From a virus, in IMG/VR virus record IMGVR_UViG_3300046779_000684, positions 44,715 to 108,714 of that record: DNA of 64,000 nt; one strand, 5' to 3'. This document shows, one piece after another, positions 27,527 to 37,921 of this stretch (position 1 is its first letter; every line of letters starts with the position of its first letter). Made by a program: the position numbers and the translations under genes. A model generated the notes under the pieces. That model was not told the origin of the DNA. It saw nothing but the letters and a program-made list of their open reading frames with translations, and made no database searches.

Positions 27527-28168
27527 TTACATTTGTTCATCCCTATTGTTATCTTCTTGTTCTACAGGCATCTTATGGTAGTTAATTAGCTCTTGGTTAA
27601 CAAGTTGCAATAAACCATCTACCAAATAAGCAGCTATTTTAAACTCCTTATCGTACATGCTTAAACATTGGCTACCGTCCATGTCTTCGATGCTTTCAGT
27701 AAAGTAAGCATACATGTTTACAGACTCAACGTCTGGATTCAAAACATAGAGATATCCATTACGGATAGTATAATAGGAACGGTTGGTTTTTACTCTAAGA
27801 CGACTGTGGTTGATAAAGTCACGGATACTGGTAGGAAACAACTCCTCAGAGTTTGAGGTATTAAATACACCCTGAATAAAGTAAGAATATAATCCCTCTT
27901 CAATCTTAGGTAATTTTTTAGCTGTTCTGCGAATAGGGCAACCTAAATCACATTCCGCACCAGGTGCTTCTATTAGACAAATACATTCGTATGCCTGATA
28001 AATACTGTCAGACATCAACAATTTTTTCAAATTAATCTCTCTCTTAATCAGGACAGATGCCTTTGATTTAAGTAGATTATAAATGAAACGGTCACTAATA
28101 AGGTCATCGCTAGTAATGAATTTATTAGCACTTTTCACTCTTGCGATTAAATCTCCATTAGTTAACAT
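27527..28168 (-). CDS. Tail ring/adaptor protein
   Basis: N-terminal helical adaptor-like DLISDRFIYNLL segment; crAss-like gene order. Confidence 0.6.
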   Translation of the reverse strand: MLTNGDLIARVKSANKFITSDDLISDRFIYNLLKSKASVLIKREINLKKLLMSDSIYQAYECICLIEAPGAECDLGCPIRRTAKKLPKIEEGLYSYFIQGVFNTSNSEELFPTSIRDFINHSRLRVKTNRSYYTIRNGYLYVLNPDVESVNMYAYFTESIEDMDGSQCLSMYDKEFKIAAYLVDGLLQLVNQELINYHKMPVEQEDNNRDEQM

Positions 28169-28182
28169 AACACTCGTTATTA

Positions 28183-28215
28183 CAAATATAATTAAATTTC
28201 AATTTTAGTCAAGTT
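28183..28215 (-). promoter_or_regulatory. Bacteroidota sigma-A-type promoter
   Basis: AACTTGACT ... TATATTTG with an 18-nt spacer after TTGA. Confidence 0.8.
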
Positions 28216-28221
28216 TTACTT

Positions 28222-28251
28222 AAACCAGTAGAGCCTAGTTTCCTAGGCTCT
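28222..28251 (-). terminator. Hairpin terminator
   Basis: AGAGCCTAG-GAAA-CTAGGCTCT, weak U-tract. Confidence 0.7.
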
Positions 28252-28299
28252 AACTAGCAATTAGACAGGGGTAACCAACCAAAAAATCCTGTCAATATC

Positions 28300-30228
28300 T
28301 TATATTGCGTAACTATTGCCTCCTACAACAACCTCAATTAAATCACCTGATGCAAGAGACAACGATCCTGATGGGTTCATCAACACAATAGCAAAGTTAC
28401 CTGCAGTGTCCAATTGAGCAGTAGCCCTAGTGTATGTAGTAGCATAACTAGCACCTACCTTAACATAAAGTTCTACGTTAAAGTATACTGGTTCTGTAGG
28501 TCTAATTGCTGTAGGAACAGTTGCTATGTTTAAACTACCTAAGTGGGCTAGTGAAAAAGGAGCAGTAATATTCATTTGAAGTACTCCATGCAATGTAACA
28601 ACTTGGCCATGTTTATACCCATGAGGGAAGCCAACACTACCCGCAGGAAAACGAACAGCATTTGTTACGTTAAACGTAGCAGCACTAACACCTGCCAAAG
28701 GATGAGCCACAGGAGTACTATCAAGTACTGCGAGGTCAAACTCAACATTACTAGATGTATCTGTACGAGTTACATTGGTAGTAGCGCCATTCAACTTAAT
28801 AGTAAAGCTTTTGTTTCTCCAGTGATTAGGGCTGATAGTAGAATCTCTTACTAAGAAGTCCCCACCTGAAGGAGTTGGAGCAGTTACATCACCTAAGTTA
28901 TCCAGTAAACAAACGTTCAAACTAGCGGCACTGAAAGCAACACCTGCAGCTAAAGCAATAGTAGGGCCGCAAGAACCGGTAGTAATTGTAAACTGGGTAG
29001 CATCAAACTTCAGGTTTAGTGTCGAAAGAACTGAAACAATTCTATCTAACTGAGTCTGAAGACTTACTGCAGAATTTGACCAGTTCCAAGTCTGGGTTTT
29101 GAATACAGAGTTAGTACCATAAGTACCACCAAAACAAGATGCCCAAGTAAGACTCATGTTGTTAGTAGTCAAAGTTGATACAGAAGTATTCAAAGAATCT
29201 ACCTGAGAAATCAAAAGAATCAAAGCAGCAGAAGCTGTGCTAGTTGCAGAACCTCCTACTAATACAGAAGTATCGACGTTAGCTGGAACTGCAGATCCAC
29301 CAGAGATATAGGTCTTTAGTGAGTTTGCAAGTGTAGATACGGTACCAATGCTTGTAGTAAGACTCTGGAACATACCACACATGTTAGTAGTAATCCAGTT
29401 AAAGTAGTCAGCTACTACACTAGTACTAGGTTTAGTAGTAAATGCGTAGGCTACGCAAGGATTAGAAGTAATAGAAGCGTAGTTTAGTCCGCTATTTATA
29501 GTAGTGATTGCAGTTGCAACCCCACCGAGTACTTCGTTAAGATTGTAGGGAGCAGTTACTCCAGGCAAAGAACCTACGTTAGTGAATGAACTAATGTTTA
29601 CAGTAGTATCGTAAGCATTCAAAGTTGTGTACAAAGAACACAAAGCAGCGGATGCAGAGGTTACAAACTGAGCTTCAGTTGTGATTGCAGTACCAATACC
29701 AGTCAATACACCTGATTGACGAAGGCATGAGTAGTTCAATGCAGAGTAGTCCAAACCACCGCCAGCTAATCCACTACACAAAGCATTGTGGAAGCTAGTG
29801 ATAATATCGTCTAGAACCGCACCAGAAGCAATTACTGGATTCAAAGCAGTAATAGTAAATACCACATCATTTGCAGGAGTAGCACCACCCAGTGCTGTAC
29901 CCAAGATTTTAACTTGGTTTCCTACTGCATACCCAGAACCACGGTTAGCAATAGCTACTGTGTAGGTATTGGTACCCACTGTACGAGTTACTTCAAAGGT
30001 AGCACCTGTTCCAGAACCACTTACGTTAGTTCCACCTAGAGTGTAAACTGTAGTAGTTCCAGGAACAACTGCAGTACCAGCAGTAGTAAAAGTTCCAATG
30101 GCTCCTAGAGAGCAATATAAATCTACGCCAGAGTAAGTGATACACTTACCGTAGTTAGTAGATATACACCCTACCGTAGCACATGGTGCTATTGTAGAGG
30201 TTCCGTAACAATCAACGCAATGTCCCAT
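28300..30228 (-). CDS. Virion fibre-like structural protein, 642 aa, Cys-rich N-terminus
   Basis: Thr/Ser/Gly/Ala-rich; GTGATFEV...GSGY..G..LGGATPAND module; beta-rich C-terminal domain. Confidence 0.6.
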   Translation of the reverse strand: MGHCVDCYGTSTIAPCATVGCISTNYGKCITYSGVDLYCSLGAIGTFTTAGTAVVPGTTTVYTLGGTNVSGSGTGATFEVTRTVGTNTYTVAIANRGSGYAVGNQVKILGTALGGATPANDVVFTITALNPVIASGAVLDDIITSFHNALCSGLAGGGLDYSALNYSCLRQSGVLTGIGTAITTEAQFVTSASAALCSLYTTLNAYDTTVNISSFTNVGSLPGVTAPYNLNEVLGGVATAITTINSGLNYASITSNPCVAYAFTTKPSTSVVADYFNWITTNMCGMFQSLTTSIGTVSTLANSLKTYISGGSAVPANVDTSVLVGGSATSTASAALILLISQVDSLNTSVSTLTTNNMSLTWASCFGGTYGTNSVFKTQTWNWSNSAVSLQTQLDRIVSVLSTLNLKFDATQFTITTGSCGPTIALAAGVAFSAASLNVCLLDNLGDVTAPTPSGGDFLVRDSTISPNHWRNKSFTIKLNGATTNVTRTDTSSNVEFDLAVLDSTPVAHPLAGVSAATFNVTNAVRFPAGSVGFPHGYKHGQVVTLHGVLQMNITAPFSLAHLGSLNIATVPTAIRPTEPVYFNVELYVKVGASYATTYTRATAQLDTAGNFAIVLMNPSGSLSLASGDLIEVVVGGNSYAI

Positions 30229-30236
30229 TTCTTATA

Positions 30237-30803
30237 TTATTGAATAGTGCAGCAGTCGCACAGTTTATTAATAATTGCTTTCAACAAGTCACCTAAAGTA
30301 AGCAGGCCTGTGTTAGGGTCACATACATTGTTTCCAAGACACTGAGCATAAGTTACGCCTGTTTCTGGGTTAACACTGTTAAGCCATGCAATGAATCCCG
30401 CACTTAAAGGCATTTCCTCCCAATGAAGATTACCTAGGTTAGTATCCGTATTCTTGGCAGTAAGGTAGTTAAGACGAGATCTCAACTCACATACAACCTC
30501 AAGCAACTTAAGTACAACCTGAGACGAGTAATACTTCTCATCTTTTACAGTAATAGTAGTTGTGTTGATTACAGGAGTAATCCCACAAGAAGTATTGACT
30601 GCATCCAGAGTAGTCTTATCAATACCTACTCGTACATCTAAAGAGGTCAAGTTGTCATCAAACAACTTGATAATATCATTAAGATAAGGGTCGCAGTAAT
30701 CCTGCTTATCAATAAGCCCGCCAGTAGTAGGCGTGCCAGTGTACTTGACACAACCAGAAGGTTCTATCTCTACACAGTTATTAGTTTGACAACATTTAGC
30801 CAT
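30237..30803 (-). CDS. Cys-rich structural protein, 188 aa
   Basis: N-terminus resembles that of the 642-aa protein (C..C...C(V/I).Y(T/S)G). Confidence 0.55.
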   Translation of the reverse strand: MAKCCQTNNCVEIEPSGCVKYTGTPTTGGLIDKQDYCDPYLNDIIKLFDDNLTSLDVRVGIDKTTLDAVNTSCGITPVINTTTITVKDEKYYSSQVVLKLLEVVCELRSRLNYLTAKNTDTNLGNLHWEEMPLSAGFIAWLNSVNPETGVTYAQCLGNNVCDPNTGLLTLGDLLKAIINKLCDCCTIQ

Positions 30804-30804
30804 T

Positions 30805-30993
30805 TTAGTGTTTTGTTTTAAAGTTTAAAGTTGTGTCGCAGTCTAGGCAATGCTGGTATCTAAGGAAACTAGCATACTTTCTAGACTTTCTATGATATGG
30901 TTTTGTCAAGTACTTGATATGCTGCAACTCTTTGTAGGCAGCATTGGCAAGTTTTTTCTTAACAGTCAAGTTCAATTCTTCTGAGTAAGTCAT
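30805..30993 (-). CDS. Hypothetical protein, 62 aa
   Basis: Fills the operon gap; start uncertain (35-nt overlap with the upstream gene). Confidence 0.55.
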   Translation of the reverse strand: MTYSEELNLTVKKKLANAAYKELQHIKYLTKPYHRKSRKYASFLRYQHCLDCDTTLNFKTKH

Positions 30994-31465
30994 CAGCTTT
31001 ACGATAAAGCTCGGTAGCTTTTACAGGGTTACACAAATCAGCTTGAGCCTCAGCTCCTCTGAGTAAGAAATCCACTTTATCTAGGTAGTAAAGCATTTTT
31101 TCGTCGTCGCAGCAGTCAACATACTTTGCCCACTGTACTGCAAGACGGCAGTCGATTTTGCAGGTCCGCAAATGGAATCTGCTATTAATGCCTAAATCAG
31201 GGCATGTTGTCAATACGAAATTATAAACCCCATCAGGTAACTCACCTACAGTATCTTCAGATGCTACCCATCCAAAAGTATATGCATTTAGAATGTTTAC
31301 CTCTCCTAGAAAAAACTCAAACTCAAAAGGAGTGTCGTATCCGGGGACATCTACTTGTAGGTTAGCAGTGTCAGGAGCAATAGGGTAGAAAGATGTGTCA
31401 AGTACTGAGATAAATCCGCAGTCTTTGGCTTTGTATACTTCGAGGTTTAATTTTACGTTTGGCAT
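30959..31465 (-). CDS. Structural protein, 168 aa
   Basis: ORF within the virion operon; LPDGVY strand followed by a helical Cys-containing C-terminus. Confidence 0.55.
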   Translation of the reverse strand: MPNVKLNLEVYKAKDCGFISVLDTSFYPIAPDTANLQVDVPGYDTPFEFEFFLGEVNILNAYTFGWVASEDTVGELPDGVYNFVLTTCPDLGINSRFHLRTCKIDCRLAVQWAKYVDCCDDEKMLYYLDKVDFLLRGAEAQADLCNPVKATELYRKADDLLRRIELDC

Positions 31466-31469
31466 AGTT

Positions 31470-31496
31470 TAAAAATAAGGGGTGGTTTCCCACCCC
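31470..31496 (-). terminator. Rho-independent terminator
   Basis: GGGGTGG-GAAA-CCACCCC-TTATTTTT. Confidence 0.8.
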
Positions 31497-31502
31497 GTTA
31501 AA

Positions 31503-31964
31503 TTACATGATTGCAAATCCAACAGTTAGAACACCGTCAAGTGCAGCAGATGCTGACACGTTTCTGATGCTAATCTTAAATGAACCAGCAACAACATCAT
31601 CTACGATGATTAGAGGGAAACCAGTACTACCTGTCCAATCAACTACGTTAGCAAGAATCAATGAATCTGCTTTAACATAAGAGTTGTTTACAGTAAAGGT
31701 TGCAGTAGTATCTGCAGCTATAGCAGCCAAAGAGAATGTTACAAGTTCGCCTGCAGGTTGATTCAAAGTAACTGCAGTCGTAACACTTGTGCCTTGAGTT
31801 ACAGTTCCTTTGGTCAATACTACAAACTTAGCGCAACAGCTAGGGTTCTTCAGCAAGTTAACTACAAACTTTTCAAGAGAAGTTCCTGGGATTCTTCCAG
31901 AAGCTACGTCCTTGTTAGTTACAGCTACGGTATGGGTGCCTGTTTTTAGAATAATATCTTTCAT
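31503..31964 (-). CDS. Putative head decoration/fibre protein, 153 aa
   Basis: Beta-rich, Thr/Val/Ala-rich, flanked by terminators like a highly expressed structural gene. Confidence 0.5.
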   Translation of the reverse strand: MKDIILKTGTHTVAVTNKDVASGRIPGTSLEKFVVNLLKNPSCCAKFVVLTKGTVTQGTSVTTAVTLNQPAGELVTFSLAAIAADTTATFTVNNSYVKADSLILANVVDWTGSTGFPLIIVDDVVAGSFKISIRNVSASAALDGVLTVGFAIM

Positions 31965-31988
31965 TTTTTATTTAAATTAAAGGGTGAT

Positions 31989-32015
31989 AAAAAGGGGAGG
32001 AGGTTAATCCTCCCC
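31989..32015 (-). terminator. Rho-independent terminator
   Basis: GGGGAGGA-TTAACC-TCCTCCCC-TTTTT. Confidence 0.85.
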
Positions 32016-32022
32016 GTTAAGA

Positions 32023-33402
32023 TTATACCAATTGAGGCAACGCAGAACCGCTCAAGAAGTTGTTCAAGAAGATCTGTACGTCAGCAACCAAACTGGCAAC
32101 TGCAGCATCTACCAACAACACAACCGCATGCTCGTTCAAGTCTTTCTTCTCAAATCCAACTGGAGAAGGATCTGTGTAGCAGATTTCGAACATAGTGTAA
32201 CCACTTGCAGTACGAGTCTGATCTACGAAGAAGAATGGGTTAGCAGCTTCGTTGTAGATAGGGTTCCAGTAGTAACGAGCTTCTGCAACTGCAGGCAAGT
32301 TATTAGTGAAGTAGTTACGCTCCATCTCAGCCAAAGCACTTACGGCACCGATTGGGTACTGGATGTTTTGTACAGTGGTGATAGCCCAAGGAGTTTGTAC
32401 ATCATCGATGTCAAAATCTTGAGAGTTGAAAGGACCTCTGTGTACTTTAGCTTGGAACTTAACCAAGTTGAATACGTAAGGAACTGCATCAGGTACGCAA
32501 GCGTTACCGAAAGCATCAACTGCTTTACCAGTTACTTTGATACCGCAAGAAGTTACTGAACCTGCAGATACCAACTGTTTTTCCCAAGCAACACCGTTGT
32601 AAACAGGCATGTTCTCAATTGCAACCAAAGGAGTAGCAATGATGAAGAAGATTTGACCAGTAGAGTCAGCATCTTCAGTGTTGGTCTCAGTGATGGTACC
32701 ATAAGTTCCAGATGGGTAGTAAGCTTGCAACGCAGTCAACAAGTTACCTTCTGCAGTTGCATCACCTGCGTCAGGCAAGTTCAATACATAGCGGTAAGTT
32801 GGAGCAGAACCTACAATAGAGTGAGTAGCACTCAAGTACTTACTCAAGATAGGGTTAGCGTTGATTTTGTCAGTCAATTCCTGCATGAAAGCCCAGCAGT
32901 TCAAAGCATCGCAACCACCACCGCACTCTGTGCAAGAAGTAGTTTTAACACGAACTGACTCTTGGATCAAAGGTTGATAAATACCCTTAGACCAGTACTC
33001 GTCAATTTTGAAAGTTACGAAGTACTCTTCGTCACAAGCAAAAGAAGGAGTTTTGCTGGTAGTGATTTCATCATAACCAATGAAGGTAATTTGCTGCTTA
33101 ACAGTGTTGTTGTAAACACTCTTAGTAACACGAGTCAAGTTCTGCTTTTTAATTACAGAAGATTTGAAACTACCAAACTTAGAACCTGCAGTATCTGAAG
33201 TTCCTACGGCAACAATAATATCATTACCAATAGTTGCAGTTGCAGCCGCACGGGCAATTACAGAGTAATCAGGTTTGTAGAAGTTCATCTGGCGAGCCTT
33301 CAAGGTATCTGTAGTTCCAGTACCTGGGAATGCTTCTGCGGAGGTGTCTACGGTCGCAGCGGATCCACCAACTACGAACACTTGTGTGATTTTGTGATTC
33401 AT
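32023..33402 (-). CDS. Putative auxiliary capsid protein (crAss-like), 459 aa
   Basis: Position three genes after the major capsid gene, followed by a strong terminator. Confidence 0.55.
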   Translation of the reverse strand: MNHKITQVFVVGGSAATVDTSAEAFPGTGTTDTLKARQMNFYKPDYSVIARAAATATIGNDIIVAVGTSDTAGSKFGSFKSSVIKKQNLTRVTKSVYNNTVKQQITFIGYDEITTSKTPSFACDEEYFVTFKIDEYWSKGIYQPLIQESVRVKTTSCTECGGGCDALNCWAFMQELTDKINANPILSKYLSATHSIVGSAPTYRYVLNLPDAGDATAEGNLLTALQAYYPSGTYGTITETNTEDADSTGQIFFIIATPLVAIENMPVYNGVAWEKQLVSAGSVTSCGIKVTGKAVDAFGNACVPDAVPYVFNLVKFQAKVHRGPFNSQDFDIDDVQTPWAITTVQNIQYPIGAVSALAEMERNYFTNNLPAVAEARYYWNPIYNEAANPFFFVDQTRTASGYTMFEICYTDPSPVGFEKKDLNEHAVVLLVDAAVASLVADVQIFLNNFLSGSALPQLV

Positions 33403-33413
33403 ATTTTTATGTT

Positions 33414-34130
33414 TTATTCTGAGTTTTTAACTAAACGATCCTCTGCAAATGCAGCTTGGATTTGATTATCATTAGACTGTGCTGCGAACTTAACTGCTAG
33501 GTCAACAATGTCTCCCTTAGCATATTCAGGTAACTCACAGTTCTGATTGACAGAGTCAGTTCCATCCAACTTACTGTAGCCATCCATGTCTATGTTTTTT
33601 GGATACCTTAGGTAAGTTAAAAAAACCTTCTGCACAATGAACTCGCCTGCTGTGTACACGAACAACTTATTATCGCCTATGGTAGCTAGTGTGCTTCTCC
33701 ATTCAAATGAAGGGCTAAAGTTTGCGTCGAGATACATAGTATCTAAGTCACCTTGTCTTACGAGGTCAATTGAAATGTTCTTGGAGCATTCTTGCTTCTT
33801 TCCCACACAATTTGATGACACGTAGAACATATAGTCAGCAACATCTTCTAGTGGACATTCATATCCGACATGAAAGAGGTCGTTAGTTTTAACGGGTTTT
33901 AAGCTAGCACCTGTTACCTTCAAAACTTGTAGGTCGTCGATACGTTTTCTAATAGATTCGTAACCTGTTTTGTAGATGTTGTTAGGATTAATTCTTGTCT
34001 TAATCCAAGACATTTGGGCACGGTTCAAATAGAGAATAATGTCCTCCACAGGGATATCAACGTTATCCTGTCTGTTGACTTTATTAATCATCAACTTAAA
34101 CTCGTACACCAGATCTTCTACAGGTATCAT
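33414..34130 (-). CDS. Head-tail ring/adaptor protein, 238 aa
   Basis: EDIILYLNRAQ adaptor-type helix; crAss-like position after the major capsid gene. Confidence 0.6.
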   Translation of the reverse strand: MIPVEDLVYEFKLMINKVNRQDNVDIPVEDIILYLNRAQMSWIKTRINPNNIYKTGYESIRKRIDDLQVLKVTGASLKPVKTNDLFHVGYECPLEDVADYMFYVSSNCVGKKQECSKNISIDLVRQGDLDTMYLDANFSPSFEWRSTLATIGDNKLFVYTAGEFIVQKVFLTYLRYPKNIDMDGYSKLDGTDSVNQNCELPEYAKGDIVDLAVKFAAQSNDNQIQAAFAEDRLVKNSE

Positions 34131-34133
34131 TTA

Positions 34134-35072
34134 TTAGAGTATGCTTATCTTTAGTTTGTTTTTCAGTTTGTCCTTAAAGGCATTATATTCTACAGTGTTT
34201 TTGGGGTCAGCCAAGAAAAGTTCAAACTCTTCAAGTGACTTAGCCCAAACATTGTCACCTTCGTAGATGATAGAACCTTTAATTCTAACAATGTTTGTAT
34301 CTAACAAGTCCTTAACCAAGGCTTTAACGTCTAACAAATCATCGCTGTATGCAGTGATTCGAGAGAAGTTCTCGATTGGGTCCATTCCTAAAGATGATGC
34401 AGGAGTACGCAAGTACTCGTCTAGGGAGATGTAGATTTCTTCTTCTGAAGAATCTGCAGATAATCCCAGACCAATCAACTTTTGGATCTTCTTACGCTTA
34501 GATGCTGTCATCTTATCTAAAGATGCAATTGCACTGTTGATCTTCTTCTTACGGTCAAACGTAACTTTAGATTCAACGGTACCATCAAACACGTAGAATT
34601 TTACCAATGAGGTGTCTACAGTTCCGGTCTCGATAGCATCAAGATTCTCTGCAATCATTTCTGTCTCCATGAGCCAGTAAAAATTCACAGCGTCTCTTGG
34701 GTTATCCAAGTTAAAAATGTTATCGCCATCTTCCAGGCCGATACCATTCTCTTTAATTTCGTCATAGAACGTGCTTGTAGGATCCAAGGACTCATCTAGC
34801 AAAGCTTCGTAGTATTCCTTCAGTTGCTTTACTCGTTGAGTTTCTTGCTCTCTTACTTTCAAATCCAGAATAGATTTCAACTTCTGAGAAGTCTCATCCA
34901 ATCCGGTTCTGATTACTCCTCGTGAATCTACCCTAGGGTAAAACTTACGAGCTGTTCCTGGAATAAAATTGTAACCATTCTGGTACAATGATCCTTCTAA
35001 CGTACGCATGTTAGTTCCGGGATCTTTTCTGTAGGGTTTAATAATACGTACCCCTCTGGCAATATCTTTCAT
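34134..35072 (-). CDS. Conserved crAss-like protein downstream of the major capsid gene, 312 aa
   Basis: Gene order only; function not recognisable. Confidence 0.55.
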   Translation of the reverse strand: MKDIARGVRIIKPYRKDPGTNMRTLEGSLYQNGYNFIPGTARKFYPRVDSRGVIRTGLDETSQKLKSILDLKVREQETQRVKQLKEYYEALLDESLDPTSTFYDEIKENGIGLEDGDNIFNLDNPRDAVNFYWLMETEMIAENLDAIETGTVDTSLVKFYVFDGTVESKVTFDRKKKINSAIASLDKMTASKRKKIQKLIGLGLSADSSEEEIYISLDEYLRTPASSLGMDPIENFSRITAYSDDLLDVKALVKDLLDTNIVRIKGSIIYEGDNVWAKSLEEFELFLADPKNTVEYNAFKDKLKNKLKISIL

Positions 35073-35116
35073 TATTTTGGTTGGTTTAGGTTTTGGTTTT
35101 AATCTTTATCCTTAGT

Positions 35117-35138
35117 AGGGGGAGTGTTACCTCCCCCT
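35117..35138 (-). terminator. Stem-loop after the major capsid gene
   Basis: AGGGGGAG-GTAACA-CTCCCCCT without a U-tract; a terminator or an RNA-stabilising hairpin. Confidence 0.55.
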
Positions 35139-35153
35139 CAAGGACCGCTAAGA

Positions 35154-36698
35154 TTACAAGCGTGGGTATTCTTTGATGATTACGGTACGGGTAGGATCTT
35201 CCAAGAAGATACCACAGAAGTCCTTCATGATGTAGGTACTGTATGGATCTTTGTTGGCGATAACAGTTTGTGACTGTCCGAATCCTACTGAACCAGCGAT
35301 GTACTGATAGTACATGTTAGGACGAGTAGACAATTTCACCTCACGGATGTTAGCACCACCTTCGTTGCTTACGTCCATAATGATGAAGATTGGAGGAGTT
35401 TTCTTGTTAGGGCCCAACTCCAAGAAAGTAGCATGCTCATTCAACTGTTCCAATTCGATGAATTCTACTGGACCTGTCTCAGTAGTCATGAAGTGGTCGA
35501 ACTGCAATGCATAACCTTGCTTCAAGCGATCTTTACCATCCATGAATTTCTCAGCATTCAAAGTCATGTTTGAGCTGTTGAAGTCTTTACGGATAGCAGT
35601 AGAAGCCAACTCCATACCTGCACGGTTGGTGTATACTTTTACATAACGATCAGCCAATTTAACACGGTTGTAGAACAAGTCTCCAATAGCAGAACGCAAA
35701 AGGTTCAAAGAGAACTGGCCACGGTCATAGTAAAGAACGTTACCCAAGTGCAATTGCTGCCACAAACCTGGCTTCAAACGAGTTGGACGACCTTTTTCAT
35801 CTTTAGTGTTACCTTGACGACCCCACATCAACATGTTGGCACGCATACGCAACATTTCCATACGCAACAAGCGAGATACTGTAGGCTCCCAACCAACGAT
35901 TTTGGTCTTATCACCTTGAGCATTAGGATCAGTTACAGAGTAGTAAGTGATATCCAAAGGATTACCAGTAGCATCAGTTTGTGCACCCAATTTGGTAGCA
36001 TCAGCCCAGTCAGTGATAGTGTGCTCTACACCATATTGGTTAAGAACATCAGCCATAACTTCCAACTGACCATCGAACAAGCCAAGACCAGAGAAGCTAG
36101 TGGTGTATTCACCCAACACGTTACCAACCTTGAAGTACTCAACCCCTACAACGAGGAAACGTACGTTAACAAAGTCAGCTGAAGTTGAACCAGCGGCACG
36201 ACAACGGTATTTGAAACCGTTCTGGAAACGCTCAGGCTCAGCAACAATTTGGATTTGGGTTTCTTGCTCGTAGCGGTGAGCAGTGATAATGTCGTTCACG
36301 TTGAAAGCTTGCTTGTCAAAAACAACGTCAAACTCTTGTCCGTCGATACCTGGTCTAGCAGGCAAAGCAGAAGTAGAACCGGCAGCGTAAGTAGCAATTA
36401 CTTTAGGCAACTCAGCACGCTTCTTGATCTTGTAGGTGAAAACACCATTAGGATCGTTAACAGAGAAAGGCTTGCCAGACTTCATAACAAGGTCGATCAA
36501 ATCGTTAGAATACAAACGAGTGTCTGTAAACAAACGAATCATCATTTTGTCATACTGGTCAGGCTTAGACTTCAACATTGTCTCAACGAAGTTCTTTTCG
36601 GTGAGTTTGTTCAAACCATTCTTAGAATAGTAAGAACTGGTCATGTGGGCGTTAGCTATAACTGACCCGTTGACCCTTGGCATACTTAGATTTGGCAT
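35154..36698 (-). CDS. Major capsid protein (crAss-like HK97 fold), 514 aa
   Basis: Size, position after portal and scaffold, E...L.WGRQG...GL..Q motifs, strong codon bias. Confidence 0.88.
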   Translation of the reverse strand: MPNLSMPRVNGSVIANAHMTSSYYSKNGLNKLTEKNFVETMLKSKPDQYDKMMIRLFTDTRLYSNDLIDLVMKSGKPFSVNDPNGVFTYKIKKRAELPKVIATYAAGSTSALPARPGIDGQEFDVVFDKQAFNVNDIITAHRYEQETQIQIVAEPERFQNGFKYRCRAAGSTSADFVNVRFLVVGVEYFKVGNVLGEYTTSFSGLGLFDGQLEVMADVLNQYGVEHTITDWADATKLGAQTDATGNPLDITYYSVTDPNAQGDKTKIVGWEPTVSRLLRMEMLRMRANMLMWGRQGNTKDEKGRPTRLKPGLWQQLHLGNVLYYDRGQFSLNLLRSAIGDLFYNRVKLADRYVKVYTNRAGMELASTAIRKDFNSSNMTLNAEKFMDGKDRLKQGYALQFDHFMTTETGPVEFIELEQLNEHATFLELGPNKKTPPIFIIMDVSNEGGANIREVKLSTRPNMYYQYIAGSVGFGQSQTVIANKDPYSTYIMKDFCGIFLEDPTRTVIIKEYPRL

Positions 36699-36721
36699 AG
36701 TAGTATTTTATGTTTGTTTTT

Positions 36722-37900
36722 TTATTTAAAGTACCTAGAGAAAACGTCTTGGTCAGACTTTGAACTCTTGGTTGTCTTTTTGGTTTTGGTCTTCAACTCA
36801 TTAAAGATGGAGTTAGTTTCTTCTGTAACTCCCTTTTTCTTTACGGGAGTTAAGTCCAAATCATTTTGAACTAAACGTGCCAGTGCTAAAAATTTTGAAG
36901 GGTCTTCTTGACGCATACGAGCAAGTTTGTATTCAAACTCAGTAATGCGTTGTCCGTTGGGTAATTGGTGAGGCTTGGCAAGAACGAATTGGAAAAGGTC
37001 GCTAGCTGATCTCTCATTAATGGGATACCCTTCGATATCACCAGATTTGATAGATTTTTCTAGAACAGCTGCGTAAGACTCTTCACGTTCCTGGTCACGT
37101 TGCTTCTGCAACATAACTTGCTCACGGCTTTGTTGAGCTAAAGCATCTTTCTCTTGGTTTAGTTTTTCAACTAGTTTACCATGATACTTCTGTGCGTAAG
37201 CTCCCAACTTATCATTGTTAACAGCAAACGTAACTTGGTCCTGAATCTCGTCCTCGTCCATTCCTGTTTTAGCTAGGTAAAGACGAACAACTCTTTCTTG
37301 GTTAACTACGTCATCCAGGTCAACATCTTCTACTACTTGCTGGTTAGCAAACATCTGAAGGTATTGTTGGATAGGTGCTTTATTAATGAAGATATCTTCA
37401 ACAAGTTTAACTCCGGCTTCTCCGTAAGTTTCCATTGCAAGTCCTTCTAATGTGTCCCAAGCTTTCTTTTCAATGGTTTCATCCATTTTAGACAAGAAGG
37501 TTTCTTCGGTCCACTCTACTTCTTCGTTCTCGTCTAGTTCAAGCATACCTGCCTTTACTAGTCCTTTTCCGAAAACTTCAAAGTAGTTAACTTCATCATC
37601 TTCATCGTCCTCTAGACCAGTAGACTCTTCTTCTTCTTCTTCATCCTCATCAATAGGATTAGCGGCAGGTTTGGGAGTAGACTTAGGAGTAGGAGTTGGA
37701 GTTGGAGTTGGATCTTCTTCCTCTTCCTCTTCTTCGTCATCTGGTTCTAGGATGGGGTCTTTAATTTTACCATCTGCACCTAAAATGTCAGGTGCAACGT
37801 TTTTGTTGGGATCATATTGAGGATTAACATCAATTGGATCGTCACTGGAGAATGTTTCAAAGAACTCTAAATTCTCTAATGGGTTTTCATTAGTACTCAT
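36722..37900 (-). CDS. Acidic capsid scaffolding protein (start re-called at MSTNENPLE, 37900)
   Basis: Poly-E/D tracts, (TP)n linker, coiled coils; lies between portal and capsid genes; the promoter overlaps the track's longer start. Confidence 0.7.
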   Translation of the reverse strand: MSTNENPLENLEFFETFSSDDPIDVNPQYDPNKNVAPDILGADGKIKDPILEPDDEEEEEEEDPTPTPTPTPKSTPKPAANPIDEDEEEEEESTGLEDDEDDEVNYFEVFGKGLVKAGMLELDENEEVEWTEETFLSKMDETIEKKAWDTLEGLAMETYGEAGVKLVEDIFINKAPIQQYLQMFANQQVVEDVDLDDVVNQERVVRLYLAKTGMDEDEIQDQVTFAVNNDKLGAYAQKYHGKLVEKLNQEKDALAQQSREQVMLQKQRDQEREESYAAVLEKSIKSGDIEGYPINERSASDLFQFVLAKPHQLPNGQRITEFEYKLARMRQEDPSKFLALARLVQNDLDLTPVKKKGVTEETNSIFNELKTKTKKTTKSSKSDQDVFSRYFK

Positions 37901-37921
37901 GTTGGTTGGTTTGGTTAGGTT

